From Bdellovibrionales bacterium (GTDB lineage Bacteria; Bdellovibrionota; Bdellovibrionia; Bdellovibrionales; Bdellovibrionaceae), in assembly GCA_031370005.1 (NCBI GenBank), contig JANMPT010000043.1, forward strand, positions 49,774-113,773: a DNA stretch of 64,000 nt, written 5' to 3'. The position numbers and the translations under genes were made by a program. The notes beneath the pieces were generated by a model. It made no database searches, had not been told where the DNA came from, and saw nothing but the letters and a program-made list of their open reading frames with translations. Each line of letters opens with the position of its first letter. Within the stretch, counting starts at the first letter, position 1. Shown piece after piece: positions 1-10,224 of the stretch.

Positions 1-816
1 TGGGCGATCCCAGGGATGTCGGGGATTCAAGTCCTTCAGACAGTGAGATCGCAGCATCCTCATTTGTCTTGTATTTTTATTTCTGGAAACTCAAGCACAG
101 AGTCGATCATCGAAGCTTTGGATTCTGGCTCAGATGATTATATCATCAAACCGTTTGTTCCATTGGAACTTTTGGCTCGTATTCGCACTCATTTTCGTAT
201 TCGCGATCTTCACTCACAGCTTCTTTTAGCGAATGAGCGCCTAAAGGAACTCGTCGATACTGACGATCTTACGGGCCTTTTCAACATGCGGTCGCTTTAC
301 CAGCGCTTGGACTTTGAGTTGGAGCGCGGAAAGCGTTTTGGCCGAGACGTTTGCGTTGTTATGATGGATATGGACTACTTTAAGACTGTAAACGATGGCC
401 ACGACCACCTGTTTGGAAGCTATGTACTTTCAGAGGTGGGTAAAGTTATTAAAATTAACACAAGAAATATTGATATTCCGGCGCGCTACGGAGGCGACGA
501 GTTTTTAGTTGTTTTGATGGAGGTCGATCACCGCGGTGCCATACTTTTCTGTGAACGACTTCGCAAAGCTATTGAAGGCCGCACTTTTGTCAGCGGCTCA
601 GACTCGATTAATTTAACGCTTTCACTGGGCTTTGCGATCACGGTTCCTGGGGAGAGTATCACTGCGCACGAACTTGTTCGTCGGGCGGACCATGCCCTTT
701 ATGAGGCTAAACACGCGGGCCGCAATCAAACAAGATTTTATACGCGTGACACCGATAAAGTCCGTGAGCTTCGAGCCAAACCGTTAGTACCTCGTAAAAA
801 AGTCGCGGGCGGCTAA
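1..816 (+). CDS. Response-regulator diguanylate cyclase (REC-GGDEF), 5'-truncated by window edge
   Basis: Frame open from base 1 (WAIPGMSG). REC C-terminal half (FISG, DDYIIKPF), DxLTGL linker, intact RYGGDEF with RxxD I-site (RNID) upstream. Confidence 0.93.
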   Translation, partial: WAIPGMSGIQVLQTVRSQHPHLSCIFISGNSSTESIIEALDSGSDDYIIKPFVPLELLARIRTHFRIRDLHSQLLLANERLKELVDTDDLTGLFNMRSLYQRLDFELERGKRFGRDVCVVMMDMDYFKTVNDGHDHLFGSYVLSEVGKVIKINTRNIDIPARYGGDEFLVVLMEVDHRGAILFCERLRKAIEGRTFVSGSDSINLTLSLGFAITVPGESITAHELVRRADHALYEAKHAGRNQTRFYTRDTDKVRELRAKPLVPRKKVAGG

Positions 817-857
817 TTCTCATTGACTGAAAGCTTCGAATTTAAGACAAAGCTCTT

Positions 858-1874
858 ATGAAACTCACCTCGACCACAGTAAATAGCGATCGTGCTCGGA
901 ATAAAGCGGCTTGGATCTCATTTTTTGCAAGTGTCTTTATTTTTGCGATGAAAGTCGGGGCTTACTACTATACTCATTCGACAGCGGTTTTATCTGATGC
1001 TCTTGAGAGTACCGTAAATGTTGTAGCAGCGGTCGTGGCCTTAATTGTGATTCGAATTGCATCAAAGCCGGCTGACGATGACCATCCATATGGCCACGGA
1101 AAGCTTGAGTATTTTTCTGCGGCCTTTGAGGGTGGACTGATTTTCTTTGCGGCACTTATGATTATTCGTGAGGGTCTTCAGGGTTTATTCATTGGCTCGC
1201 AGGTCCAACATTTAGAGTCAGGCTTTCTGATTATGGGCTTGGCGGCGATTTTCAATTTGGTTTTAGGCATTTATCTGAAGCGGACTGGTGAGCGCGAGAA
1301 ATCTGAAGCCTTAAAGGCGAGTGGTATACATGTTGTTTCCGATGTGTGGACGACAGTTGGTGTTCTCGGTGGAATTGGTTTGTTAATCCTAACTGGCTGG
1401 ACATGGTTGGACTCTTTGGTGGCAATTCTAGTCGGTCTTAACTTGGCTTATGAGGGCTATAAGATTGCTCGGAAGTCAGGCGGAAGTCTTGTAGATGAGG
1501 CCGACACAGAGATTTTGATGGATCTTGCTAAATCTTTGCAGAAAAATCGCAAAGTAGGAATTATTGATATTCATCAGCTTCGGATGATTCGTTCCGGGAG
1601 ATTCCATCATGTGGATGCGCACCTTGTGGTCCCGGAGTATTGGAACATTTCGGAAGCTCACAATGTCTGTGAAGCCTTCGAGTCGGCGGTCGTGCATGAT
1701 TACTCATTCGATGGAGAAATTGCTTTTCATCTAGATCCCTGTCGTTGCGCATATTGTAGCAGTTGCAATGTTGAAGCTTGTCCGATTCGTCGAGTTTCTT
1801 TTGAAACACAAATTCCGTTTACAGTAGGGTCATTGACTGGTGGCGCTCAAGTAATGGAAAAAGTTGAAATGTAG
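858..1874 (+). CDS. Cation diffusion facilitator (FieF/YiiP-like) transporter
   Basis: SDALES, DDDHPYGHGKLE and HVVSD motifs, about 6 TM helices, cytosolic dimerisation domain, Cys-rich tail. Confidence 0.92.
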   Translation: MKLTSTTVNSDRARNKAAWISFFASVFIFAMKVGAYYYTHSTAVLSDALESTVNVVAAVVALIVIRIASKPADDDHPYGHGKLEYFSAAFEGGLIFFAALMIIREGLQGLFIGSQVQHLESGFLIMGLAAIFNLVLGIYLKRTGEREKSEALKASGIHVVSDVWTTVGVLGGIGLLILTGWTWLDSLVAILVGLNLAYEGYKIARKSGGSLVDEADTEILMDLAKSLQKNRKVGIIDIHQLRMIRSGRFHHVDAHLVVPEYWNISEAHNVCEAFESAVVHDYSFDGEIAFHLDPCRCAYCSSCNVEACPIRRVSFETQIPFTVGSLTGGAQVMEKVEM

Positions 1875-1876
1875 AT

Positions 1877-2575
1877 ATGTCTAAAACATTCCATCGGCCT
1901 CAAATAAATCTAACCCGCACATTGCCAGTCCCCAATGCCTACACCCTTGCGCTTGACGGCGAGTTTGCTCACGTAGCGTTTAATGAGGAGCGTGCGCCAT
2001 TGAATAAAGGCAAGTGGCGTTCTGATGTTTTTAAAGCTAATGAGTCTATGCCAATGGATTTAGAAATTGGTACTGGTGCTGGACACCATTTTGCTTACTA
2101 TACAAAAGAAAATCCAGATCGTCTGGTTGTAGGTTTAGAGCTTAAATATAAACCCCTGATTCAAACAATTCGCCGCTCTGTGACGGGCGGCAGTAAAAAT
2201 TCGGCGGTTGCCCGATACCATGCTTTCAGTGTTGATGAGCTTTTTGCTGAGGGCGAACTCAATAACGTCTTCATACATTTCCCAGACCCATGGACAAGTC
2301 CAAAAAAGCCAGGAAACCGCGTTGTGAACTTACGTGTTTTGGATTGGCTGTATAAGCTTCAAAGGCCAGGGTCTCATGTCGATTTTAAAACGGACTCACG
2401 AGCTTATTTTCTTTGGGCATTAGAAGAAATCAAGCAGAGCAAATTTAAAGTCAGCTACCAAACCATGAATTTACATCAGTCTGAGTTTAAGGATCGAAAC
2501 TTTGTGACCGGCTTCGAGAAGATTTTTGTAAAGCAGGGCCTTGAAATTAATTACATCCGCCTGACAAAAGAATAA
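1877..2575 (+). CDS. trmB: tRNA (guanine-N7)-methyltransferase
   Basis: LEIGTGAG, GLE, FPDPW and FKTD motifs. Confidence 0.9.
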   Translation: MSKTFHRPQINLTRTLPVPNAYTLALDGEFAHVAFNEERAPLNKGKWRSDVFKANESMPMDLEIGTGAGHHFAYYTKENPDRLVVGLELKYKPLIQTIRRSVTGGSKNSAVARYHAFSVDELFAEGELNNVFIHFPDPWTSPKKPGNRVVNLRVLDWLYKLQRPGSHVDFKTDSRAYFLWALEEIKQSKFKVSYQTMNLHQSEFKDRNFVTGFEKIFVKQGLEINYIRLTKE

Positions 2576-2584
2576 AATATTTTT

Positions 2585-2872
2585 ATGCCGACGATTCGTT
2601 TTAAGAAAAATAAAAATTCAATTGAAGTTTCTATGGGGGCCACCTTGATGAGCTCTTTGCTAGAGGCGGGGGTTGCGGTAGCATCCTCTTGTGATGCAGA
2701 GGGAGTCTGTGCTAAGTGTGGAATCCAAATCATCGAGGGTGCCGAGAATCTTTCTGCACCTAATGCCACAGAGCTTTTTCTTAAAGAGAAAAACAATATT
2801 CAGGCCGGATTTCGCATTAGTTGTCAAACGCAGGTTTTTGGGGACCTTGTCCTTGATGTGGGTTATTGGTGA
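2585..2872 (+). CDS. 2Fe-2S ferredoxin
   Basis: CDAEGVCAKC ... RISCQ cysteine pattern in a 95-aa protein. Confidence 0.9.
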   Translation: MPTIRFKKNKNSIEVSMGATLMSSLLEAGVAVASSCDAEGVCAKCGIQIIEGAENLSAPNATELFLKEKNNIQAGFRISCQTQVFGDLVLDVGYW

Positions 2873-2922
2873 CATTGGCCTTTTATATTGCTAGTTTTAA
2901 GCCACTTTAAGAGGTGGCTTAT

Positions 2923-3873
2923 ATGGATATAAACGCAGACCAAAAAATTGAGAATCTTATTATTATTGGTTCGGGCCCGGCGGGCCTTACTTCTGCTATT
3001 TATAGCGCGCGCGCTCGTCTTGACCCGTTGATGATTGAGGGTGAAGAGGCTGGCGGTCAGTTGATGATTACAACGGAAGTTGAAAACTATCCTGGTTTTG
3101 AGCACGGGATTACAGGCCCTGAACTCATAGCCGTAATGAGAAAACAAGCAGAAAGATTCGGAACACGTTTTGTTACTCGAAATGTGACAAAAGTGGATTT
3201 TTCGCAACGCCCATTTAAAGTTTTTGTCGGCGATAAACTGTATCTTTCAAAATCAATTATTATTTCTACGGGAGCCAGCGCCCAGTACCTGGGGCTTCCT
3301 TCTGAAAAACAATACATGAGTCGCGGAGTATCTGGCTGTGCGACTTGTGATGGCGCATTCTTTAGGGACATGGATGTTGGTGTTGTGGGTGGTGGCGATA
3401 CAGCAATGGAGGAGGCTCAGTTCCTGACTCGTTTTGCAAAAAATGTTTATGTGATTCATCGCCGCGATCATTTTAGGGCGTCCAAAATTATGGCGGAAAG
3501 AACAATAGGCAATCCGAAAATCCAAGTGCTTTGGAATACGGAAGTGGCCGAAGTTTTGGGTGATGGAAAAAACGTGACGGGTTTGAAACTCAAAGACACA
3601 GTGAATGGCTCGACGAAAGACTTGAAGGCGCAAGGTCTTTTTCTTGCTATTGGGCACAAGCCAACAACGGCCCTGTTCAAAGGTCTATTGGATATGAATG
3701 AAACGGGGTACTTGGTGACCAAAGCCGATTCCACGTATACAAATATTGAAGGAGTCTTTGCTGCTGGGGACGTACAGGATCACATATATCGTCAAGCGAT
3801 CACGGCAGCGGGGACCGGATGTATGGCCGCCATCGACTGTGAAAGATGGTTGGAGACTCAAGCCCACGGATAG
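2923..3873 (+). CDS. trxB: Thioredoxin-disulfide reductase
   Basis: GSGPAG FAD motif, CATCD active site, GGGDTA NADPH motif, VFAAGDV. Start moved to ATG 2923 after GAGGTG RBS. Confidence 0.97.
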   Translation: MDINADQKIENLIIIGSGPAGLTSAIYSARARLDPLMIEGEEAGGQLMITTEVENYPGFEHGITGPELIAVMRKQAERFGTRFVTRNVTKVDFSQRPFKVFVGDKLYLSKSIIISTGASAQYLGLPSEKQYMSRGVSGCATCDGAFFRDMDVGVVGGGDTAMEEAQFLTRFAKNVYVIHRRDHFRASKIMAERTIGNPKIQVLWNTEVAEVLGDGKNVTGLKLKDTVNGSTKDLKAQGLFLAIGHKPTTALFKGLLDMNETGYLVTKADSTYTNIEGVFAAGDVQDHIYRQAITAAGTGCMAAIDCERWLETQAHG

Positions 3874-3882
3874 ATTGAAAAT

Positions 3883-4380
3883 ATGAAAAACAAGAAGATC
3901 AATACGAAGGACCTCATTACTAAAATTGAAAAAGTCGCCAAGGCGCGAATTGCAAGCCAGCCGGTGGTGTCTTTGGCGGACTTCCGTGATGCCGCTAAAA
4001 AAGAGGACCCACGTGTTATTCTTGTGATTGAAGATGATGAAACAATGCGCATGGCACTTAAGAGAATTTTTGAATCTGAAGGCTATATCACCAAACTTGC
4101 CGCCGATGCCACAGCTCTTTCAGAGGTTCTCGATGACACACCAATTGATCTAATTTTGATGGATGTGGGGCTTCCCTGGGTAAATGGGTTTGAACTGGCG
4201 CAGTTGCTCAAAGAGAACAAAGACCTTAAGGGAATTCCACTTGTCTTCGTTTCTGGTAAGGCGAGCGATGATGATATGAAGCAGGCTTTCGAGATAGGCG
4301 CTGATGATTATATCAGAAAGCCGTTCGACGTCGAAAAGCTCCGCAAGACGGTTCGTACTCTTTTAAAACTCAACGAGTAA
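3883..4380 (+). CDS. Single-domain response regulator with short N-terminal extension
   Basis: LVIEDD, LMDVGLP phosphoacceptor, VSG, DDYIRKPF. Confidence 0.9.
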   Translation: MKNKKINTKDLITKIEKVAKARIASQPVVSLADFRDAAKKEDPRVILVIEDDETMRMALKRIFESEGYITKLAADATALSEVLDDTPIDLILMDVGLPWVNGFELAQLLKENKDLKGIPLVFVSGKASDDDMKQAFEIGADDYIRKPFDVEKLRKTVRTLLKLNE

Positions 4381-5439
4381 TTAATTTCCAATAAACATTG
4401 AATTGATACAGTTGTGATTCACGGTTGGCACTGAGAAGGGCGTTACTCCAACATGAGTTAGGGCTTTGGTCGTTGGATCATAAGTGAATTTTTCAATGGA
4501 ATTTGCAAAGGCCGTTGTTCCGTTGGCGACGTATACATAGCCAGTTGTGCTATCATAGGCCATTGCCGTCGGGCCATTTATGACACTTGCGTTTGTGTAA
4601 GCTGCGGCTCCCGCAGCAGTTAGAGTATGCCCCGCTTCATCGACAGTATATTGCCAAATTTGATTATTGGCCACTGTCGAACTTGAGTAGGCCACTAAGA
4701 GATGGTTCATGCTGCTAATATAGATCATAGATGTAGGATATGAAGCCGTTGTGGGCGCAGCCACACCTTGATAGCAGGTCGAAGCAGCGGCTGTTGAGCC
4801 TGTAGTCATACCAATCCGATTATTGGTAGATGCGCCGGTAAATGAGTTGGCATACAGAATATCACCAGCTGCAGTAAAGGCGGTGGCTGTAATGGCGTTT
4901 GTGGACGTTGCGCAACTTCCTGCTGGAGCACTTAAAAAGGGCATTGCTGAGCTTGGTAGACGAGCTTTGTTAGAGGCAAAACGCTCAACAGCACTTGATT
5001 TGCTTACGAGCAATGTTCCGTCATTACCAAGAGTCAGTGTTCGAACGATACTTGTGAGGGCGGTGCTATTTGTTAAAAAATTAACCACTGTCGCGAGTTT
5101 TTTATTTACGATTTCAATACGACGACCACCGGTGTTTTCCACTAGGACATAGAGATTGTCGTTATCATAGGGGGCAATTGCGACGGGTGTGTCTGTCAAA
5201 TTGGCAGTATAGTCTATGACCGTTTTATCAATGACGCCCGTGTTGAGATTAATTCTAGAAATAGTTTTTGCAGCGCTTGAAGCTGTCAAACCCGTCGGGG
5301 CAAAGCAGCCGCCGCTTTGGATGTATAGGTACCGATCAGAAGAGGCTGCGTCCTCAGTTTTTTTAGGTTGGCAACGGACTCCAAGAACCAAGATCAAGGC
5401 ACTTGCAATAAATAAAATGAAGAGTCTGCTGACGATCAT
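4381..5439 (-). CDS. Secreted or lipoprotein beta-propeller-like hypothetical protein
   Basis: Hydrophobic N-terminus ending LGVRC (possible lipobox), Ser/Thr-rich, repeated blade-like segments (PTAMAYD..GYVYVAN). Start at ATG 5439 after GGGAG. Confidence 0.6.
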   Translation of the reverse strand: MIVSRLFILFIASALILVLGVRCQPKKTEDAASSDRYLYIQSGGCFAPTGLTASSAAKTISRINLNTGVIDKTVIDYTANLTDTPVAIAPYDNDNLYVLVENTGGRRIEIVNKKLATVVNFLTNSTALTSIVRTLTLGNDGTLLVSKSSAVERFASNKARLPSSAMPFLSAPAGSCATSTNAITATAFTAAGDILYANSFTGASTNNRIGMTTGSTAAASTCYQGVAAPTTASYPTSMIYISSMNHLLVAYSSSTVANNQIWQYTVDEAGHTLTAAGAAAYTNASVINGPTAMAYDSTTGYVYVANGTTAFANSIEKFTYDPTTKALTHVGVTPFSVPTVNHNCINSMFIGN

Positions 5440-5462
5440 GTTGGTTCTCCCGTTTGGCATAT

Positions 5463-5489
5463 AGATCGGCTCTGGTTAAGAAAACTTAA
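5463..5489 (-). promoter_or_regulatory. Sigma28 (FliA)-like promoter
   Basis: TTAA-N15-GCCGATCT about 25 nt upstream of the 5439 start. Confidence 0.6.
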
Positions 5490-5597
5490 CAAGAGGGCGG
5501 GTTTTTGTCTCAGCTAGAGAATAAATCTAGGCCTTTATCCAGAGGATGGTTAAGAAGTCTTTGCAGAACTTGATGCGGATAGCTTTACTGGCGATTT

Positions 5598-6398
5598 TTA
5601 ACCTGCAGTTTTTTTAAGGCGGCTTTGTTGAGCTGTATAGTCATTTATGAGCTTGCTTAGTTTTATTGCGGTTTCTTTGTCTTGCTCTAGGAAAACTAAA
5701 TGCCTTGGGTCGCTGATGTCTCCAATAATTTTACCTTTTAAATGCACTCGACTTTGGCGCGGATCTTTTTCGAACTTGTTCACCAGAATCATTTCAAAAG
5801 GACGATGAAAAAAATCCTTTGGGATCTCATCTTCAAGAAGAGTTCCAGTAAGAGAAATATTTCTTGAGTGAGTTCGAAACGAGGTCCCTTTTTTTGTTAA
5901 AAGAATGGCCTCAATCTTAAATTCGTGACGAGTGGATGTGCGGCGATCTTTCGGGGAGCCGAGCTCACTACGACTGACAACAATCTCTATTGAAGGCTTG
6001 TCAGGAAGTCCTGACAGCGTTAAGTCATCGCCGTTGAACTCATTATAATAATAGCCATAATCTAAATTTCGGATATCTTCTGCGGCAACCACGTTGGTAT
6101 AGAAGGGATTTTCGGAGTCCTGGCGTCGGACCTTAAGAGTGATTTCAGAGAGTATTTGTTTTTCTTTATTAATCAAGGGCTCGGGTGGTTGAGCTTGGAC
6201 AAAGTATTTCTGACCACTGGAAAGAAATTGAATAAGAGGCTGCCACTCTGTCCACCCGGGGGTCCAAATATGATATTGGTGAAGATGACGAACTTTGAAG
6301 CTTAGAATCATCATCTGCGCTTGAATAATAGACATCGGCTTTGTTTTTTTACTGGTGGCCGTATCGAAGATGAGCCAAATCTTACCTTCAGTTTTCAT
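5598..6398 (-). CDS. PilZ-domain protein with N-terminal GYF_2-like domain
   Basis: RRTSTR (RxxxR) and NISLTG c-di-GMP motifs; N-terminal HIWTPGWTEWQPL. Start at ATG 6398. Confidence 0.75.
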   Translation of the reverse strand: MKTEGKIWLIFDTATSKKTKPMSIIQAQMMILSFKVRHLHQYHIWTPGWTEWQPLIQFLSSGQKYFVQAQPPEPLINKEKQILSEITLKVRRQDSENPFYTNVVAAEDIRNLDYGYYYNEFNGDDLTLSGLPDKPSIEIVVSRSELGSPKDRRTSTRHEFKIEAILLTKKGTSFRTHSRNISLTGTLLEDEIPKDFFHRPFEMILVNKFEKDPRQSRVHLKGKIIGDISDPRHLVFLEQDKETAIKLSKLINDYTAQQSRLKKTAG

Positions 6399-6432
6399 AT
6401 TCCCCACAACGAAAAAGACCCAGACCTTATTC

Positions 6433-6460
6433 TTATCGGTTTTAGAGAGTTGTTTATTAA
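6433..6460 (-). promoter_or_regulatory. Sigma28-like promoter
   Basis: TTAA-N16-ACCGATAA upstream of the PilZ gene. Confidence 0.5.
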
Positions 6461-6548
6461 GGAGCAATACACAAATTATCGTGCAAACTATGGAACGTAT
6501 CGTTTTGAGATATCTTGAAGTGAGTCAGAAAATTTTAAAATGCCATAT

Positions 6549-7517
6549 CTAAACGCGAATGCATGCCGCCACATGATGGGGGCGTTTTTCCTCAAGTGGT
6601 GGAATGATTTTTTTGCAATCTTCAATGGCCATTGGGCAGCGAGGATGGAAGTGACAGCCTGAAGGAGGATTGATCGGGCTTGGGACGTCGCCAATTAGAA
6701 TAATGCGCTCTTCTTTGTGCTGGGGATCTGGAACTGGGATTGCTGATAACAAGGCGCGGGTGTAAGGATGTTTTGGATATGTGTAGAGCTCCTCAGACTC
6801 AGACATTTCAACAATTTTACCCAAATACATGACGGCCACTTGCGTAGAAACGTGCTCTACAACTTTCAAGTCATGGGCGATAAAGACATAGGTAAGGCCT
6901 AACTTTTTTTGAAGTTCCATCAAAAGATTCAGTACCTGGGCTTGAATCGAAACATCCAACGCAGAAACGGGCTCATCACAAACAATAAGCTCTGGATTTA
7001 CAGCAAGAGCACGAGCTATGCCCACGCGCTGTCTTTGGCCACCAGAGAACTCATGAGGATAACGGCTCATAGCTTCAGGACGAAGACCCACAAGCTGGGC
7101 TAACTCCATTACACGCTCTTTGCGGGTAGCTTCAGAAGAGTACAGATTGTGGATAATTAAAGGCTCTTCAAGAATCGAACCGATTGTCATACGCGGGTTT
7201 AAGCTTGCATATGGATCTTGGAAGATGATCTGCATTTTTTTTCGGATTTCACGAAGCTCGTCGCCTTCGATTTTCGTAATGTCATTGCCATTAAAGCGTA
7301 CGGTTCCAGAAGTTGGATCCAACAAGCGAATCAAACAGCGACCTAAAGTGGATTTTCCGCAACCAGATTCGCCCACGAGACCGAGGGTCTCACCTTTTTT
7401 TAATTTAAAGCTCACATCAGAAACGGCTTTAACGCTTGCAATTTCACGATTTAAAATTCCCCCATGAATGGGGAAGCTCTTAACTAGATTTTCAACTTCG
7501 AGGAGATAGGGGCTCAT
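6549..7517 (-). CDS. Oligo/dipeptide ABC transporter ATP-binding subunit (OppF/DppF-like)
   Basis: [27 protein letters not shown]-terminal HPYT..GC.FHPRC domain. Confidence 0.95.
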   Translation of the reverse strand: MSPYLLEVENLVKSFPIHGGILNREIASVKAVSDVSFKLKKGETLGLVGESGCGKSTLGRCLIRLLDPTSGTVRFNGNDITKIEGDELREIRKKMQIIFQDPYASLNPRMTIGSILEEPLIIHNLYSSEATRKERVMELAQLVGLRPEAMSRYPHEFSGGQRQRVGIARALAVNPELIVCDEPVSALDVSIQAQVLNLLMELQKKLGLTYVFIAHDLKVVEHVSTQVAVMYLGKIVEMSESEELYTYPKHPYTRALLSAIPVPDPQHKEERIILIGDVPSPINPPSGCHFHPRCPMAIEDCKKIIPPLEEKRPHHVAACIRV

Positions 7518-8509
7518 TATTTGTCTCCTTGATCAGCTACGGGATGGAAGCAGGCCGCAAGATGAGCGGCTCGCTTGCTTTCAAGTTTTGGCTCTGCCTG
7601 GCGGCAGTCATTTTGAACATTTGGACAGCGATCCTGGAAGCGGCAACCCTTTGGTAAAGCCAAAAGACTTGGAACCATACCACTGATGGTTTTAAGTTCC
7701 GCCAGTTTATGGCCAGTTTCAAAGTGCGGAATAGAATCCAGAAGTCCTCGAGTATAAGGATGCTTTGGGCGATAAAAAATATCTTCGACCGTGCCGTACT
7801 CTACAACTTTTCCTGCGTACATAACCACCACGTCTTGACACATCTCCGCGACAACACCCAGATCATGGGTGATCAAGATCATTCCAGCTTTGAAATCTTT
7901 TTGTAGCTTGCGCATAAGATCCAAAATTTGAGCTTGAATCGTCACATCCAAAGCCGTGGTCGGCTCATCCGCAATCAAAAGTTGAGGATTGCAACTGATC
8001 GCCATGGCAATCATCACGCGTTGGCGCATACCACCTGAAAGCTGGTGGGGATACTCATTGTAACGCTTTTCAGGAGCTGGGATGCCTACGATACGAAGCA
8101 TTTCAACGGAACGAGCCTTTACTTCCGCCTTGCTGAGTTTTGGATAGTGTAGCGCGATGGACTCGCCGATTTGGTTTCCGCAGGTATAAACAGGGTTTAA
8201 TGAGGTCATGGGTTCTTGAAAGATCATTGCGATTTCATTGCCACGGATGCGGCGCATGTCTTCGTCAGAGATTTTTAATAAATCTTTCCCATGATATAAA
8301 ATTTCGCCAGATTCAATTTTTCCAGGGCTTTGAATCAGCTTCATGATTGATAAGGAGGTCACGGACTTTCCGCAGCCGGATTCACCAACAATTCCGATGG
8401 TTTGACCTTTTTTAACGGCGAAGCTAACATCGTCGACAGCGTAAAGGGTGCCCTCGTCGGTATTGAATCGTGTTCTTAGGTTTTTAACTTCTAAAAGGGT
8501 CTCGCTCAC
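7517..8509 (-). CDS. Oligo/dipeptide ABC transporter ATP-binding subunit (OppD/DppD-like)
   Basis: [29 protein letters not shown]. Confidence 0.95.
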   Translation of the reverse strand: MSETLLEVKNLRTRFNTDEGTLYAVDDVSFAVKKGQTIGIVGESGCGKSVTSLSIMKLIQSPGKIESGEILYHGKDLLKISDEDMRRIRGNEIAMIFQEPMTSLNPVYTCGNQIGESIALHYPKLSKAEVKARSVEMLRIVGIPAPEKRYNEYPHQLSGGMRQRVMIAMAISCNPQLLIADEPTTALDVTIQAQILDLMRKLQKDFKAGMILITHDLGVVAEMCQDVVVMYAGKVVEYGTVEDIFYRPKHPYTRGLLDSIPHFETGHKLAELKTISGMVPSLLALPKGCRFQDRCPNVQNDCRQAEPKLESKRAAHLAACFHPVADQGDK

Positions 8510-8565
8510 GGTCTGGTTTCTCCCACTTTAAAGCCCGTTTCTTATACAAGGCATGAAGCCAGGCA

Positions 8566-9243
8566 TCAACGATTAATCAATTTGTGGATCAGTTTATGGA
8601 GCCCAGCATAGCTCTGCAAGGTCGCCACGGGATTATATTTTTGTAAAACCTCTATTTTAGAATACCCGAACTCCACGGCAATTGAGCCAACACCAGCGGC
8701 TTGGGCTGCTTTCATATCTGGGGTGCCATCCCCGATCATAAATGTTGTGGAGGCAGAGTTTCCGGATCGCCTCATCATTTCTTGAAGTGGCAAGGGATGG
8801 GGCTTGCGTTCTGTGAGTGTGTCGGCTCCAAAAACAGCTATCCAGGGGATTGCATCATCGCCATCAAGAAGGCCGCAATGACGAAGGATTTTTTTTGCGG
8901 GGCCTTCATTTTTATTGGTCACGATACCTTTAGGGCCTGGGTACTCTTGCAAGAACTCCACGGCTCCCGGAAATGGACGAGTCGTTTTGTACATTTCTTC
9001 TTCGTAAGTATTTAAAAAATTTTCGTAAATATGCTGATATTTTTCCAGAGGGCTGTCTTGATGTTCAGGGAAAAAATCACTCAAGAGTTTCTGCAATCCT
9101 TCGCCGATATGGTGGACAATCACCTCATGAGGTAAAGTTGGCTTGCCATAAAACGCAAGGGTTTTATTCAAAGCCGAAGAAATGTCTTTTGCGGAATCAA
9201 TCAAGGTTCCATCGAGATCAAAAATAAGAAGTGGCCAAGTCAT
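8566..9243 (-). CDS. HAD-family hydrolase (phosphoglycolate phosphatase-like)
   Basis: FDLDGTLID, VTNK, KPHP and IGDGTPD motifs. Confidence 0.9.
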   Translation of the reverse strand: MTWPLLIFDLDGTLIDSAKDISSALNKTLAFYGKPTLPHEVIVHHIGEGLQKLLSDFFPEHQDSPLEKYQHIYENFLNTYEEEMYKTTRPFPGAVEFLQEYPGPKGIVTNKNEGPAKKILRHCGLLDGDDAIPWIAVFGADTLTERKPHPLPLQEMMRRSGNSASTTFMIGDGTPDMKAAQAAGVGSIAVEFGYSKIEVLQKYNPVATLQSYAGLHKLIHKLINR

Positions 9244-9251
9244 GAGGCATT

Positions 9252-10211
9252 CTAGGACATGTTTAGAGCTTTTTCAATTTTTGCTTTTAGCAATGCACTT
9301 TCCTCTTGGGTTGGAGCCTCGCCCCATTTTTGGGTAAACTCAGCCACAGCGGCAGCATAGGCTTTTTGGAACATTTCTTGTTTAATTAAGGGGATGCCAT
9401 TTTCAAGACTATTACGCTGCTCGCGCAGTTGCTGGGTCGTTTGCAAAACCTGCTCATCTATGGCGACTTGCAGGTCGTGATAGGCATGCTCCATTTGAAC
9501 GATGAGCATGACACTAAAAAATACGGGGGCATAGAGTTTACGAAAAGTATTATAGGCTTCAATTTTTCCTTGTTGACCGAGGGCAATTCGGACCTCTTCC
9601 GCGTGGGGATTAAAGCCATCACGAATGACCTTGTACATAAGTTCAGAGGACAGGCTTTTGTTTTTAAGAGATGGCAGGGCAAAGGGCAAGCGAGTCAGAT
9701 CGCCGAGGCGACTCGCCTGTAGATTCCAAACGCGGTCCAATAGCTTTTTGAGTAAACCGATTTTTTCTGGGTTATAAATATCATTCCATGTCTTGAGAAA
9801 ACCTTCTTTGAGGAGCTGCTCCTTGATGATTAAGATAGTGGACTCCTCAAGCCGCTGGTCGCCAGATTTAAAGAGCCAACGATCGACGAGTTCTTTAGAG
9901 CCAAAGAGTGCTGTGCCAAGTTCAATGGTATATCTTTCGAGGGCTTTGTCTGAAGGGAAACTGCGCACCTCAAGATCATTGACGAGCCTTCTGATTTTTC
10001 TTTTTCGAAACCAAGAAAGGTTTTGGGTATATTCCTCGAAAGACTTTCCATTTAGCAGAAACTGCGAGTTCTCACCGTCTATTTTTTCTAAAATATCTTG
10101 GACGGTGGGCTGAAAAATTGCATCACAGCGAATGACTTTGGCGTCGGCGGAGGGGAGTCCGCCAAAAACAAGAAGAGCTGCAAAAATAAAAGTGCGACTG
10201 CTTATATGCAT
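9252..10211 (-). CDS. Hypothetical secreted protein, helical, with one late hydrophobic segment
   Basis: 319-aa ORF, signal peptide ending ADA followed by C..IF; no family recognised. Confidence 0.7.
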   Translation of the reverse strand: MHISSRTFIFAALLVFGGLPSADAKVIRCDAIFQPTVQDILEKIDGENSQFLLNGKSFEEYTQNLSWFRKRKIRRLVNDLEVRSFPSDKALERYTIELGTALFGSKELVDRWLFKSGDQRLEESTILIIKEQLLKEGFLKTWNDIYNPEKIGLLKKLLDRVWNLQASRLGDLTRLPFALPSLKNKSLSSELMYKVIRDGFNPHAEEVRIALGQQGKIEAYNTFRKLYAPVFFSVMLIVQMEHAYHDLQVAIDEQVLQTTQQLREQRNSLENGIPLIKQEMFQKAYAAAVAEFTQKWGEAPTQEESALLKAKIEKALNMS

Positions 10212-10224
10212 GGTCTACCTAAGA

